A stretch of 64,000 bases of DNA from an uncultured virus (IMG/VR IMGVR_UViG_3300021959_000014) (IMGVR_UViG_3300021959_000014); one strand, 5' to 3'; counted from the stretch's first letter, positions 29,145-38,194 are shown. Translations and numbers: made by a program. Notes: a model not told the origin generated them from the sequence alone.

Positions 29145-29183
29145 GCGCGTGGCGACTTCGTCGAGGAAGAAAAACGCCCCCTC
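29145..29183 (-). repeat. GC-rich hairpin repeat, copy 2
   Basis: GAGGGGGCGTTT..CGAC-GAA-GTCG-CCACGCGC. Confidence 0.7.
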
Positions 29184-29276
29184 TTCTTAAATGCCTCACT
29201 TACAAACTTCTTCTTATTATTATTCATCTCATTGTAAACCTCCCAATAAAGGCTTGATGTCTCTTCACAATATGAT

Positions 29277-29822
29277 CTAGGCATTTTCTTCTTCTTCTAT
29301 ATTACGATCCGATTCACTTGCATGAGCAGTACAGGGTGATGCTGCCCTATTAATTATACCACCTATAATTTCAGTCTCTGCTAGATGATCAAACTCTCCA
29401 TATGTTTGTATCTCATATGCTTTCTTATCTTTATTCCAATGAAAGCTTCTAACACATAACCCTTTTAACTCTTCACCAAACATAGCTCCTAATTCACTAT
29501 GCTCTTTAATAAAAGGTCCTCCTGAAGGGTCAACCATATTAATACTATCAGTATCTGAGAATACCATCGGTCCGTAATCTTCTGTTATAGGTCCTTTTCT
29601 AAGCCAGTTACCATCTTGATCATATATCTGCTCATGTACCTTCTCTTCGAATTCATACTGGTTTAATTGTCCTCCATCTTTACGAAACTGTTGATAAGCT
29701 ACTTTATATACGTTTGGAAAGCCTACTCTAACATGCTCAAAAGGTCCTTCCCATAATATACTTTCGTCTTCTTGCTTAGTAAACGTATAAACGTCTCCGT
29801 ATCTATTCTTATATTCTACCAT
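29277..29822 (-). CDS. Hypothetical protein
   Basis: NRYGDVYTF..MVDPSGGP. Confidence 0.65.
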   Translation of the reverse strand: MVEYKNRYGDVYTFTKQEDESILWEGPFEHVRVGFPNVYKVAYQQFRKDGGQLNQYEFEEKVHEQIYDQDGNWLRKGPITEDYGPMVFSDTDSINMVDPSGGPFIKEHSELGAMFGEELKGLCVRSFHWNKDKKAYEIQTYGEFDHLAETEIIGGIINRAASPCTAHASESDRNIEEEENA

Positions 29823-29966
29823 ATTGATAATGCTTTACCTATTGAATAAAGGACTCCTAATGCTATAGCTGATAGGAAGGTCCATTCCATAATCTTATAT
29901 GAATTCTCTACTTGACGAAGAGTTCTTCCTTGGTACTCAAACTTCTGTTTCTTTTTATTTTCCATG

Positions 29967-30368
29967 TTAGTCTAGTATTTTATTATTTGGTAGCTTCCCT
30001 TTAACTCTACTTGAAATAGGTATTGCATCTCCCATCTCATCTATCCTTACGAATGTTATATTCGTTTTTAAAATTAGATTCTGTTTACCATTATAGACAT
30101 TATGAGAGCGAGCTTCCAATTTTAATGTTATTGATGAACCTCCTACGGATACAACTTCACCATATATCTTTAGTAGTTGACCTTCTTTAGCTGGTTTATT
30201 GAATATACATTTATCAATTGCTTTAGTTACCATTCTTGGAGTATCACAAAACTCACAAGCGAATGATGCTGCTGCTGCGTCTAACCATGCTAATAGCTTA
30301 CCGCCGAATAAGTTTCCGTGAAATCCTAAATCAGATTTCTTTATAGGGTGTTGTGTAATGTATTTCAT
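29967..30368 (-). CDS. Acyl-CoA thioesterase (hotdog fold, YciA-like)
   Basis: DLGFHGNLFGGKLLAWLD..VT..F.KP..G..TFVRID. Confidence 0.88.
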   Translation of the reverse strand: MKYITQHPIKKSDLGFHGNLFGGKLLAWLDAAAASFACEFCDTPRMVTKAIDKCIFNKPAKEGQLLKIYGEVVSVGGSSITLKLEARSHNVYNGKQNLILKTNITFVRIDEMGDAIPISSRVKGKLPNNKILD

Positions 30369-30574
30369 TTTACTTTATATTTTTTCTTATAAATTTCAGC
30401 ATAATCTTTACCAACACCTATCTCTAATATATCTGTGTTAGGAGGAAGTAGCTTACTTTTAATCTCTATAATAGGATCTACACAAGCTAAGTCTGTGAAT
30501 ACCTTTACATATACTTTTCGCCCTTTAGTCTTCTTATAGGCTACAGCTATTGTTGGTTTTGGTCTTGCTGCCAT
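30365..30574 (-). CDS. Hypothetical protein
   Basis: Coupled ORF. Confidence 0.6.
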   Translation of the reverse strand: MAARPKPTIAVAYKKTKGRKVYVKVFTDLACVDPIIEIKSKLLPPNTDILEIGVGKDYAEIYKKKYKVK

Positions 30575-30768
30575 TATTCAGACATTTCATTACGTTCCTC
30601 TAATTCCGTATCTTGCGCAATAACATCCCATGTAAATGGATCTCTATTACGTTGATATTGCTCCATGCTCCATTCTAAGTTATCAGTAGTAATATCTAAT
30701 TCACTAGTTGCTCCAGTACCTACGTCGGTAAGAGTAACAATGTACTTTATCATATTTTTTCTATGCAT
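30574..30768 (-). CDS. Hypothetical protein
   Basis: Coupled ORF. Confidence 0.6.
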   Translation of the reverse strand: MHRKNMIKYIVTLTDVGTGATSELDITTDNLEWSMEQYQRNRDPFTWDVIAQDTELEERNEMSE

Positions 30769-30964
30769 TCCCTAAATATTCTTTTCTATCTCTCAGTTGA
30801 GATGTTAATAATCGAGCGTACTCGCTTCCGAAGGTTTCATCTCCAAACATAGTAGCGTAGTTCTTAATGTAATTAGCAGCTGCATTAAAATGCTCTATCT
30901 TAACACAGCTATTAATTATTCGGATGCCTTTCATAAACCCTTCTGTTCTTAAATTTCTTGTCAT
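30761..30964 (-). CDS. Hypothetical protein
   Basis: Coupled ORF. Confidence 0.6.
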   Translation of the reverse strand: MTRNLRTEGFMKGIRIINSCVKIEHFNAAANYIKNYATMFGDETFGSEYARLLTSQLRDRKEYLGNA

Positions 30965-30965
30965 C

Positions 30966-31484
30966 TTAAAATAAACTTAATTGGTTAGTAGTAAACTCAG
31001 GAGTAATTTTAAAAGCTGAATCTACCTTTCTAGTAGGTCTAAATTCTTCTCCTGCGTTATCAATTAGTAAGCCATCTTGAACTGTAAAAGCATGATTGCT
31101 TACTCCAACTATATAAGTACCTTTAGGGTAAGTTTGCATAAAAGACTTAACTGTCTTCTTTCTATTAATAACCTCTCCTTTAAGTTTATACTGATTAGTA
31201 ATCTTTTTAGTAGAAAGAACTTCTACGTTAAAGTTTTTACCTTCTAAATTAAATCCTTCGTCTTCTAATTTCATCATAATGACAGAAGTAAATTGAGTAC
31301 CTTTTTTATTTTCTCTATGAAAATTAGTCTTAACAAATTCATGAGCATTGTCATAATTCGAACCAGTAGCAGAAGCTACCGCTCTTACAAAACAATCGTT
31401 TGTTTCGTTTTTAGCAATTTGAGAATTTTTGTATCCTCTTATTTCATTTGATGCGTAGCTGTAATCTAAAATTTTGTTTGTCAT
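30966..31484 (-). CDS. Hypothetical protein, possible Cys-His-Asp peptidase-like fold
   Basis: NDCFVRA...H.F.V.DG..ID. Confidence 0.5.
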   Translation of the reverse strand: MTNKILDYSYASNEIRGYKNSQIAKNETNDCFVRAVASATGSNYDNAHEFVKTNFHRENKKGTQFTSVIMMKLEDEGFNLEGKNFNVEVLSTKKITNQYKLKGEVINRKKTVKSFMQTYPKGTYIVGVSNHAFTVQDGLLIDNAGEEFRPTRKVDSAFKITPEFTTNQLSLF

Positions 31485-31528
31485 AACCTTTATTTATTTA
31501 ATTAATATTAACTTCCTAACTCTATATC

Positions 31529-31560
31529 TAAATATAAGAAGAATTAAGTTCCTAGGCAAC
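31529..31560 (-). promoter_or_regulatory. Early-type promoter
   Basis: GTTG-N20-TATATTTA. Confidence 0.75.
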
Positions 31561-31563
31561 TAT

Positions 31564-31953
31564 TTAGTTAAAAAGTTTCCAGTTAATTTCTTCTGCATAT
31601 GCTGCAACTTCATACGGATGATCATTATAGTTATACCCCATGTTATAGTAACGTTTAAACCATGATGGAGATTGCAAGTAATGCTGATATTCATGAACTA
31701 AAGTCTCGATGATATGTTTTCTGCTTTTCATGTTAGGCCAGTATATTACAATACTGTTATCAGTTCTATCATACTCAGCTTGACATCCATCCTCTTCACC
31801 TTCCGCTTCCGGCTCTCCACTATGTCTAGCATAGATATTGTAATGAGTTTCAACGTAAGGAGTCTCTTCCGGAAGGAATTTAGAAAAACCATAATGCTTT
31901 TCAATCTTGGGATAAATCTCTTTAATAATTTTTTGAACTTGCTGTAATGTCAT
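31564..31953 (-). CDS. HExxH zinc metallopeptidase-like protein (start corrected)
   Basis: TLVHEYQHYLQ...HPYEVAA. Confidence 0.75.
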   Translation of the reverse strand: MTLQQVQKIIKEIYPKIEKHYGFSKFLPEETPYVETHYNIYARHSGEPEAEGEEDGCQAEYDRTDNSIVIYWPNMKSRKHIIETLVHEYQHYLQSPSWFKRYYNMGYNYNDHPYEVAAYAEEINWKLFN

Positions 31954-31979
31954 AACCTTTATTGCTTTCTTATTATACC

Positions 31980-32011
31980 TTAATATACGAATAATTAAGT
32001 TCCTAGACAAC
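31980..32011 (-). promoter_or_regulatory. Early-type promoter
   Basis: GTTG-N20-TATATTAA. Confidence 0.7.
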
Positions 32012-32172
32012 TATTTCTTGCAGTTTTTCTTATGCTTGAACCATCCTCCGCAGCAACTCTTTATGTAGTGGTAAGTAGTTAGGATCAATGGAGAGCCGGC
32101 TAACAAGGTTATGACGTTTGGGTGCCAGTGCTCTCCACAGATTCCTAATGTATGCTTTATTACTTCAATCAT
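32011..32172 (-). CDS. Small His/Cys-rich protein (53 aa)
   Basis: MIEVIKHTLGICGEHWHPN...; translated by hand. Confidence 0.6.
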   Translation of the reverse strand: MIEVIKHTLGICGEHWHPNVITLLAGSPLILTTYHYIKSCCGGWFKHKKNCKK

Positions 32173-32485
32173 TTATTTCTTCTTTTACTTGTTTAATATG
32201 TTTGCACTTCTTATGAGCTATATACCCCCAGCAACTGCAGCTAAGCTCTTTTCTTATATTATACCTTACTATATATTCTTCGCCGGATCTTGCGGAGGTA
32301 AACTTCCATTGCTTATCTTCCTCTTTAAATAGCTCGGCAAAAGGTTTTTCTTCAAACTTTATATCGTCAAAAGTTGTATCCTCTTCTACTTCAATCCAAG
32401 TAGGCCCATGATACCTTTTACCTCCTATATGAAAAAATCCTCCTTTGCCTACATTAGTTCTAGGGATAGTATACGTTTTGCTCAT
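32165..32485 (-). CDS. SWIM zinc-finger protein
   Basis: Y.V..SCSCWGY..KKCKHI. Confidence 0.8.
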   Translation of the reverse strand: MSKTYTIPRTNVGKGGFFHIGGKRYHGPTWIEVEEDTTFDDIKFEEKPFAELFKEEDKQWKFTSARSGEEYIVRYNIRKELSCSCWGYIAHKKCKHIKQVKEEIND

Positions 32486-32488
32486 TTA

Positions 32489-33229
32489 TTAATCCTGGTC
32501 AACATAAGTACCCATCCATCCAATACGGTTATGAGTGCTAAGGTTAAACATACGTTTTGACATATCTCCTCCTCGACGATTCTTACTTAAGTAAAACATT
32601 CGATCACCTTCCTTAGTCCATTTCATATGAGCCATTCCAGTCATCATATGCTTGAATCGATTACTACCAGCAAACTCTCCTTGCTTAGTAACTTGTTGAA
32701 TAACTAAGAATGAAGTATTAATCTTAGAATCATTGTCTCCCATATTATGAGTTTCAAATAAGTTTAAGATATCAGTCTCAGCTTTCTTTGAAGAGTAGTA
32801 ACCTTTAGCAGTATCCACAACTCCATTAACTATCTCTGCCATAGAATCAATTAGTACAGTATCGTATCCTTCTGATAAAACATTCTTGATTACATCTAAG
32901 CAATTTTCTTCGCAGTAGTCTCCCATGAATAGAATATCTAAACTACCAAACTTAGGGTAACGCTTAACGTATCCGTACATATCTATCTGATTCATCTCAC
33001 CAGATATAAATAATACTTTTTGACCTTTCGTTTTTAAGTCTGCTAACATATCTAACATTACCGTAGTCTTACCAATTCCTGGATCTCCTACAATAGCGTA
33101 ATTAGTACCTTTCATAAGCCCTCCTTCAGAAGAGAAGTGAGCATCAATAACTCGTCCAGATTTCATAGGACGGAATAGTTGAGAATCAAACTTTAGATCC
33201 TCCATTTTTACTGTCTTTACATTTGTCAT
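32489..33229 (-). CDS. RecA-superfamily ATPase (RadA/Sms-like)
   Basis: GDPGIGKTT, LFISGEM, VLIDS, QVTKQGEFAGS, KNR. Confidence 0.85.
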   Translation of the reverse strand: MTNVKTVKMEDLKFDSQLFRPMKSGRVIDAHFSSEGGLMKGTNYAIVGDPGIGKTTVMLDMLADLKTKGQKVLFISGEMNQIDMYGYVKRYPKFGSLDILFMGDYCEENCLDVIKNVLSEGYDTVLIDSMAEIVNGVVDTAKGYYSSKKAETDILNLFETHNMGDNDSKINTSFLVIQQVTKQGEFAGSNRFKHMMTGMAHMKWTKEGDRMFYLSKNRRGGDMSKRMFNLSTHNRIGWMGTYVDQD

Positions 33230-33262
33230 AACCTTTATTTTAATTACCTAATCATTTATATC

Positions 33263-33294
33263 TAAATATACGAAATATTTACATACGAACCAAC
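33263..33294 (-). promoter_or_regulatory. Early-type promoter
   Basis: GTTG-N20-TATATTTA. Confidence 0.75.
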
Positions 33295-33316
33295 CATTAT
33301 GTTGGTTATTTTAGGT

Positions 33317-33853
33317 TTATTTAGGCTTCCCCATTAGCACTTTTCGATGTTTCTGTCCACCTATTATTCTGGTGTATGTCCCATCATAGTGCCAAACTAT
33401 GCTTTTACCTTTGAGTACGCTAGTTACCATTTCTTCATCATCAACTATCTCTACTCCTTTTGCTTTTAGTATATCTAGTATTTTTCCGGAAACCTCTATA
33501 TAGTGACCTTGTTTTTTTAAATCATCAGCTGTCTTATTAACTACAGAAGACTTAGCTGATTTACCTCCATCATGTCCCATTGCTACGTGCTTTGTTCCGC
33601 CTGTTCTATTTTTAGTAACAGCTACTGCATCTGCTTCTGGATCAGCATCCACATCGATAACAGATAACGTATCCCCTATATTGGGAATATCATCTGGTCC
33701 TTTTAAGTTTGGATGTCCACCTATTGGTGCATAAGCATTATTAATTAAATCGTATAGCTCTTCTTTCGATTGTGCTAGTTCTGGAGCAGTTAATGGCCTC
33801 CAGGTATTTTTTTTGAAAGCAGATAGCTCGCTTATTATTTTAAATAGTTTCAT
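33317..33853 (-). CDS. Hypothetical protein, probably late/virion-internal
   Basis: MKLFKIISE leader; TATTTATA at 33869-33876. Confidence 0.65.
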   Translation of the reverse strand: MKLFKIISELSAFKKNTWRPLTAPELAQSKEELYDLINNAYAPIGGHPNLKGPDDIPNIGDTLSVIDVDADPEADAVAVTKNRTGGTKHVAMGHDGGKSAKSSVVNKTADDLKKQGHYIEVSGKILDILKAKGVEIVDDEEMVTSVLKGKSIVWHYDGTYTRIIGGQKHRKVLMGKPK

Positions 33854-34322
33854 TTAATATCAATTTATTATAAATATCTTTAAAAACATTTAACGAGGTT
33901 CTATGCCCCATTCCTTTTATCTCAGTCCATGTATGAACTATTCCTTTAAGCACTTTAGTCATTGCAGGAGGAATAACTTTATCTTCAGATCCAACAACGA
34001 TATTTCTTTTCCAATTACTTTCACCGTAACTAACGCCTTCTGGTTCAAATATTCTACTATGAAGAGCAGGATTAAAAAGCAAAACTTCTACATCAAGATG
34101 ACTACCTAATGCATCAGCAAAGTATCCTCCCATAGAAGAACCTATAATCAAGTCTGGTTTGTTGTGCTTAGCCATTTTAAGTAGACTACTGAACATCTCA
34201 GGATGATTATAATCCATTTTAGGAGCATAAACTCTAGTAGCTTTATTATATAAAAAGTCTACTTTAGGGCCTCCTTGCTCACTCTCTAAACCGTGTAAAT
34301 ACCAAACATTCATTTCTCTCAT
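33840..34322 (-). CDS. YqiA/YcfP-like alpha/beta hydrolase (esterase)
   Basis: YLHGLES, IIGSSMGG, FNPA, D.VI, GH. Confidence 0.85.
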   Translation of the reverse strand: MREMNVWYLHGLESEQGGPKVDFLYNKATRVYAPKMDYNHPEMFSSLLKMAKHNKPDLIIGSSMGGYFADALGSHLDVEVLLFNPALHSRIFEPEGVSYGESNWKRNIVVGSEDKVIPPAMTKVLKGIVHTWTEIKGMGHRTSLNVFKDIYNKLILNETI

Positions 34323-34331
34323 CTTTATATC

Positions 34332-34363
34332 TAAATATAAGAAAAAAACTGCAGACTAGCAAC
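34332..34363 (-). promoter_or_regulatory. Early-type promoter
   Basis: GTTG-N20-TATATTTA. Confidence 0.7.
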
Positions 34364-34373
34364 TTTTTCCCGG

Positions 34374-34447
34374 TGGACCTTGATGGACTCGAACCATCGA
34401 CCTACGCATTATGAGTGCGGTGCTCTAACCAACTGAGCTAAAAGTCC
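34374..34447 (-). tRNA. tRNA with CAT anticodon, most likely tRNA-Ile2 (lysidine type); Met possible
   Basis: Cloverleaf GGACTTTTAGCTCAGTTGGTTAGAGCA..CTCATAA..GTTCGAGTC..GGTCCA. Confidence 0.9.
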
Positions 34448-34455
34448 AAAATATT

Positions 34456-34560
34456 TGAGGGGCTTCACTCTTTAGCCGGCTTTCACACTCAGAGTCCCAA
34501 CCTAAAGCTTCGTGCAATCCGTCGATTACACTTTAGGATTTTACGTTTTTCTCCCCTACA
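34456..34560 (-). ncRNA. Candidate structured RNA between two tRNAs
   Basis: Stems AGGGG/CCCCT, CCTAAAG/CTTTAGG, TGTAATC/GATTGCA, ACTCT/AGAGT. Confidence 0.5.
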
Positions 34561-34563
34561 TTG

Positions 34564-34637
34564 TGAACCAGGTAGGATTCGAACCTACGACCGTCGCCTT
34601 AGAAGGGCGATGCTCTATCCAGCTGAGCTACTGATCC
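34564..34637 (-). tRNA. tRNA-Arg(TCT)
   Basis: Cloverleaf GGATCAGTAGCTCAGCTGGATAGAGCATCGCC-CTTCTAA-GGCGA..GTTCGAATC. Confidence 0.93.
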
Positions 34638-34647
34638 TCCTTCTTCA

Positions 34648-35427
34648 TTATGCGTTAATTGCATAGTTTCTATATTGCCATAGTAATGCTTCTACATTAC
34701 TCATACGAACCTTTTCGTATACTACTGGTTCATAATCATAAGCTTGAATCTCTATATTACAAGACTTACCTGAAGCAGTTTTACTTAGTATCTTAGCAGA
34801 GTTAATACTTCTTATAGTCCAGTCCCATTTAATATCTATAGCACCTTTCTTACCTTCTCCAAATACTAGTCCTTCACCTTCAAGCTTCTCAGTAGCCTCA
34901 TCAAGATATATAGTATTAATCTCAGACTTTAAGTTAGTAATAGAAACCTCTATTTTATAAATCTCAGTTCTAGCAGCATCAATCTCCTTTTTGTTAGTCA
35001 ATCTAACAACATTCATTTCAGCTAATATATCATCTCCGTGATCTAATAATACTTTAGCTATTTCACCATTAGTAAAGATTCGTTCTAATTCCCATTGAGA
35101 GTTATCTGTAGTAGAGTAAAGACTAGTATTTATACTATCTATCTCGTTAGTTCTCCAATCCTCATTAAACCTAATAGTCATTAACTCCTTATCGTATTTA
35201 TACTCTTTGTTAGGTCTCTTAACTTCATAAGTAGTACCAGAGTACCCACCTGTTGGCTTCTTAATATAGACATCGTCTAGAGTAAACTCTCCTCCAAAGT
35301 ATTTCTCCATTACGTCGAACATAACATCTACTTTAGCTTGTTCTAGCTTCTTACCAATAGCATTAGCTTTTTTTAATTCCTCTTGCTTTTTAACGATAAT
35401 CTCTTCAATGATTTCAATTTTTGTCAT
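34648..35427 (-). CDS. Hypothetical early coiled-coil protein
   Basis: Promoter and leader upstream. Confidence 0.75.
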   Translation of the reverse strand: MTKIEIIEEIIVKKQEELKKANAIGKKLEQAKVDVMFDVMEKYFGGEFTLDDVYIKKPTGGYSGTTYEVKRPNKEYKYDKELMTIRFNEDWRTNEIDSINTSLYSTTDNSQWELERIFTNGEIAKVLLDHGDDILAEMNVVRLTNKKEIDAARTEIYKIEVSITNLKSEINTIYLDEATEKLEGEGLVFGEGKKGAIDIKWDWTIRSINSAKILSKTASGKSCNIEIQAYDYEPVVYEKVRMSNVEALLWQYRNYAINA

Positions 35428-35469
35428 AACCTTTATTTTAATTAATAATTAACTTCCTAACTTTATATC

Positions 35470-35501
35470 TAAATATAAGAAAAATAATTGTAACTAGCAA
35501 C
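35470..35501 (-). promoter_or_regulatory. Early-type promoter (may also transcribe the tRNAs)
   Basis: GTTG-N20-TATATTTA. Confidence 0.75.
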
Positions 35502-35505
35502 TATA

Positions 35506-35736
35506 TTACATGTTATCTCTTACTGAATTTTGTACTATCATCTGACTAGTAGGAGCAATTCCGAAAGAAACCCAACATTCCTTTACATTAAATTGAGCTC
35601 TACAAAAATCCATAATATCTTCTGACCACATTAACTGCTTTCCGGAAGCATCTGTTACTGGGTGCCATATCTTTTCAAATCCATCTCCTAGGAAAGTAAC
35701 CCAGGCCATTTCTCTATCTAAATCTATTCTAAACAT
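35506..35736 (-). CDS. Hypothetical early protein (start corrected to MFRIDL)
   Basis: Leader motif. Confidence 0.65.
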   Translation of the reverse strand: MFRIDLDREMAWVTFLGDGFEKIWHPVTDASGKQLMWSEDIMDFCRAQFNVKECWVSFGIAPTSQMIVQNSVRDNM

Positions 35737-35762
35737 AACTTTTATTGCTTTATTAATATACC

Positions 35763-35794
35763 TTAATATACGAAAAATAATTGTAAGAACCAAC
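35763..35794 (-). promoter_or_regulatory. Early-type promoter
   Basis: GTTG-N20-TATATTAA. Confidence 0.7.
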
Positions 35795-35796
35795 TT

Positions 35797-36036
35797 TTAA
35801 AAGGGTAGAGGTGCTTCAGACTTATCCTTAGGTGTAAAGGTAGGATCATCTAACTTACGATAATCAAAACTAGCAAATGGTTGCTCACCTATCTCTTTAA
35901 CAGTTACATCTTGAGAATGTCGTCTGTTCTCTAATGATAATCTTAAATCATTAGCTCGTTTCTTAGCCATATAATCATTATCAGCATAAACGTACATTTC
36001 CATTTGCACTACGTACCTTTTGTTTTCCTTATCCAT
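35797..36036 (-). CDS. Hypothetical protein
   Basis: ORF ending LPF. Confidence 0.65.
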   Translation of the reverse strand: MDKENKRYVVQMEMYVYADNDYMAKKRANDLRLSLENRRHSQDVTVKEIGEQPFASFDYRKLDDPTFTPKDKSEAPLPF

Positions 36037-36037
36037 C

Positions 36038-36328
36038 TTATGAGTGAATTTGAATTAATTTATCAATATCTTCTCTTGATTGCCATCCTAAAACTAAGTC
36101 ATTATCGGCACCAATAAAATTTCCATCTTGATCAAATACAGCTACCTCAAATGAAGAAGCATCTTCAACTTTATCAATTGCTTCTCTAACACCACCTTTT
36201 CCTGTGCTGTACATACCTTTACCTGCTACAACTGAAAATTCAATACCGTTGGATAGTTTAAGTAGTCCTTGAATGTGACCTTTACCTAATTTATGTTGTT
36301 TAAACTTAATGTCTTTGAATGTTTTCAT
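36038..36328 (-). CDS. Hypothetical early protein
   Basis: MKTFKDIKF..SVV..FEVAV..VLGW. Confidence 0.7.
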   Translation of the reverse strand: MKTFKDIKFKQHKLGKGHIQGLLKLSNGIEFSVVAGKGMYSTGKGGVREAIDKVEDASSFEVAVFDQDGNFIGADNDLVLGWQSREDIDKLIQIHS

Positions 36329-36362
36329 AACCTTTATTTTTAATTACCTAATCATTTATATC

Positions 36363-36394
36363 TAAATATATGAAATATAACAATAGCCTCCAAC
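36363..36394 (-). promoter_or_regulatory. Early-type promoter
   Basis: GTTG-N20-TATATTTA. Confidence 0.75.
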
Positions 36395-36446
36395 TACTTA
36401 CTAAGTTATTTTTACGTATAGTACTAAATAATCTTTAAGTTAGTAA

Positions 36447-36638
36447 CTACTTTAAACAGTCTCTACCTATATTAAAAATGAAGACTCCAAGTGAAACTGG
36501 CCATAAGCAGCTGTGAAATATTCTTTCTTTTAGAGTGAAATCCACATTATATGGTTCTTCTAAGTAACTTGTACAGTACCACTCTAACCAGCCTGCCCAT
36601 AGCAGTCCTAATCCTATATATGCTAATATATAATTCAT
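36447..36638 (-). CDS. Small membrane protein
   Basis: Two hydrophobic segments, LWP motif. Confidence 0.6.
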   Translation of the reverse strand: MNYILAYIGLGLLWAGWLEWYCTSYLEEPYNVDFTLKERIFHSCLWPVSLGVFIFNIGRDCLK

Positions 36639-36763
36639 TTTTTATTATAAAACTGTTCTAATTTTTGTTGAAGCTTTTGTATCTTTAACTTTTCTGCTAT
36701 AGATCTAACTCCTTTTTTGACTTTAAGTTCTAAAATCTTTGCTATAATTTCTGATTTTTTCAT
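36635..36763 (-). CDS. Small basic protein (42 aa, MKKSEIIAKILE)
   Basis: Translated by hand; TATTTATA at 36776-36783. Confidence 0.55.
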   Translation of the reverse strand: MKKSEIIAKILELKVKKGVRSIAEKLKIQKLQQKLEQFYNKK

Positions 36764-36785
36764 TCTTATCTTTTATATAAATATT

Positions 36786-37142
36786 CTACTTCCACAATAC
36801 CTGTATACAAATTAATAGTAACGCTAACGCTAAACTAACTGCTGTCTTTGGAGTTATGCCTTCATTAAAGTGATAGTTAACTAATATAGCGTATATGATC
36901 ATACCAACTCCAAACCCCATAAACCGTGCTGGCCATAATAATCCATCCATTCCGGAAACAGTATACTTCGTTCCCCAAATGTAGAAGAAGGAGAGGATTA
37001 TTCCTGCTGCAGCTACGAGTGTTACATTGTTTTTAAACCAATCAGTAGACTTTAAAAACTGACCATTAAGCTGGTAAAATGTAAGTATGTGAGCTATGCT
37101 GAATAATCCTGCTCCTATTAGTAAATCCTTAACTACTACCAT
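36786..37142 (-). CDS. Four-TM membrane protein (SMR/DMT-like size)
   Basis: Four hydrophobic helices. Confidence 0.65.
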   Translation of the reverse strand: MVVVKDLLIGAGLFSIAHILTFYQLNGQFLKSTDWFKNNVTLVAAAGIILSFFYIWGTKYTVSGMDGLLWPARFMGFGVGMIIYAILVNYHFNEGITPKTAVSLALALLLICIQVLWK

Positions 37143-37330
37143 TACCCGTAAATTACAAAACGCTCGTTAGTATTGGTATTGAAAAGCTTTCTTGCTATTG
37201 ATCTACCTCTTGGTTTTTTAGTTAACCTCTCATAGATATATCCTGCAATTTCTATGTGATGTCCTGAGTCGATTATTTCTGCTATCTTAGCATTTACTTT
37301 AATCGCTGGAAAATAATATGATTCTGTCAT
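37142..37330 (-). CDS. Hypothetical protein
   Basis: ORF track. Confidence 0.55.
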   Translation of the reverse strand: MTESYYFPAIKVNAKIAEIIDSGHHIEIAGYIYERLTKKPRGRSIARKLFNTNTNERFVIYG

Positions 37331-37348
37331 TTTAATTAGTTTTGGTTA

Positions 37349-38194
37349 TTAATTTATTAGTGCAGTAGCTAGTTGAAATAACTGCTTATTTACTTTTAAC
37401 TCTTTTTCAAAAGATTTAATCTTTCTTACCTTACGGACTTTAGCACCTTTTAAAGCTGCACTAAACTCTCCTTGAGTAATTTTCTCTTGAATAACATTAA
37501 AGACTCTCCATAAATCATCACCCTTATCTTCATCTCTTTTAGGATCAAGGATATCTTCAATAGTTTCATCATCGTAGTTAAACTTCTTTGCTTGAGGGGA
37601 ATCAATTTTAATTCCTGCTCTAATTAACATAGCATGTAAAGCTAAAGTATCTTTCTCTTCTTTTGAAAGTACTCTGTTTTTCATTTGATTTAAAACTTCA
37701 ACTTTATTAGGTAAATCTTCTACAGCTTGATTTACTACTCCTCTAAGCTCTTCAAAGGTATATCCTTTATGTTTAATTTTGAAATCACTAAACTCTTCAT
37801 CAGCGACAACTAAACCGTTTGAACAAACTAATCTATAAATACCTACACTAAACTTAAAAGCTTGCATACCGTCGTGAGAGTTTGTCATAATAATTCTAGG
37901 AAAAGAATCGTCTCCGTTTTCTCCTTTTATCATAATATCTGGGTTCTGAAATGCAACCATATGCTTACTGAAAATAGTAGAACCTCCTCTACCTTTTCTT
38001 TGAGCAGCTTGGACTGGTTTCCAACCTAATTTATCTAGGTCATCAACAATTGTTTCTGTATTGACGAATAGATACTTACCACTAACTTTAGGGTTAGTAG
38101 CTTCTTTTGCGAATGCCAATGGGCAAACTTCTTTTAATTGATCTTTAGTCATGTATGACTGATCTCCTTTAAAACTTAACATTACATCTGACAT
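37349..38194 (-). CDS. DUF932/DUF945-family protein
   Basis: KHMVAF, IIMTNSHDG..F.F..GIYRLVCSNGLV, LWRVFNVIQE. Confidence 0.85.
   Translation of the reverse strand: MSDVMLSFKGDQSYMTKDQLKEVCPLAFAKEATNPKVSGKYLFVNTETIVDDLDKLGWKPVQAAQRKGRGGSTIFSKHMVAFQNPDIMIKGENGDDSFPRIIMTNSHDGMQAFKFSVGIYRLVCSNGLVVADEEFSDFKIKHKGYTFEELRGVVNQAVEDLPNKVEVLNQMKNRVLSKEEKDTLALHAMLIRAGIKIDSPQAKKFNYDDETIEDILDPKRDEDKGDDLWRVFNVIQEKITQGEFSAALKGAKVRKVRKIKSFEKELKVNKQLFQLATALIN

Noticed and set aside
26885..35793. Longer N-termini given in the track for 26624-26935, 31564-32010 and 35506-35793
   Set aside because: The extensions run through the promoter repeat; the shared KAIKVM peptide is just the translated leader
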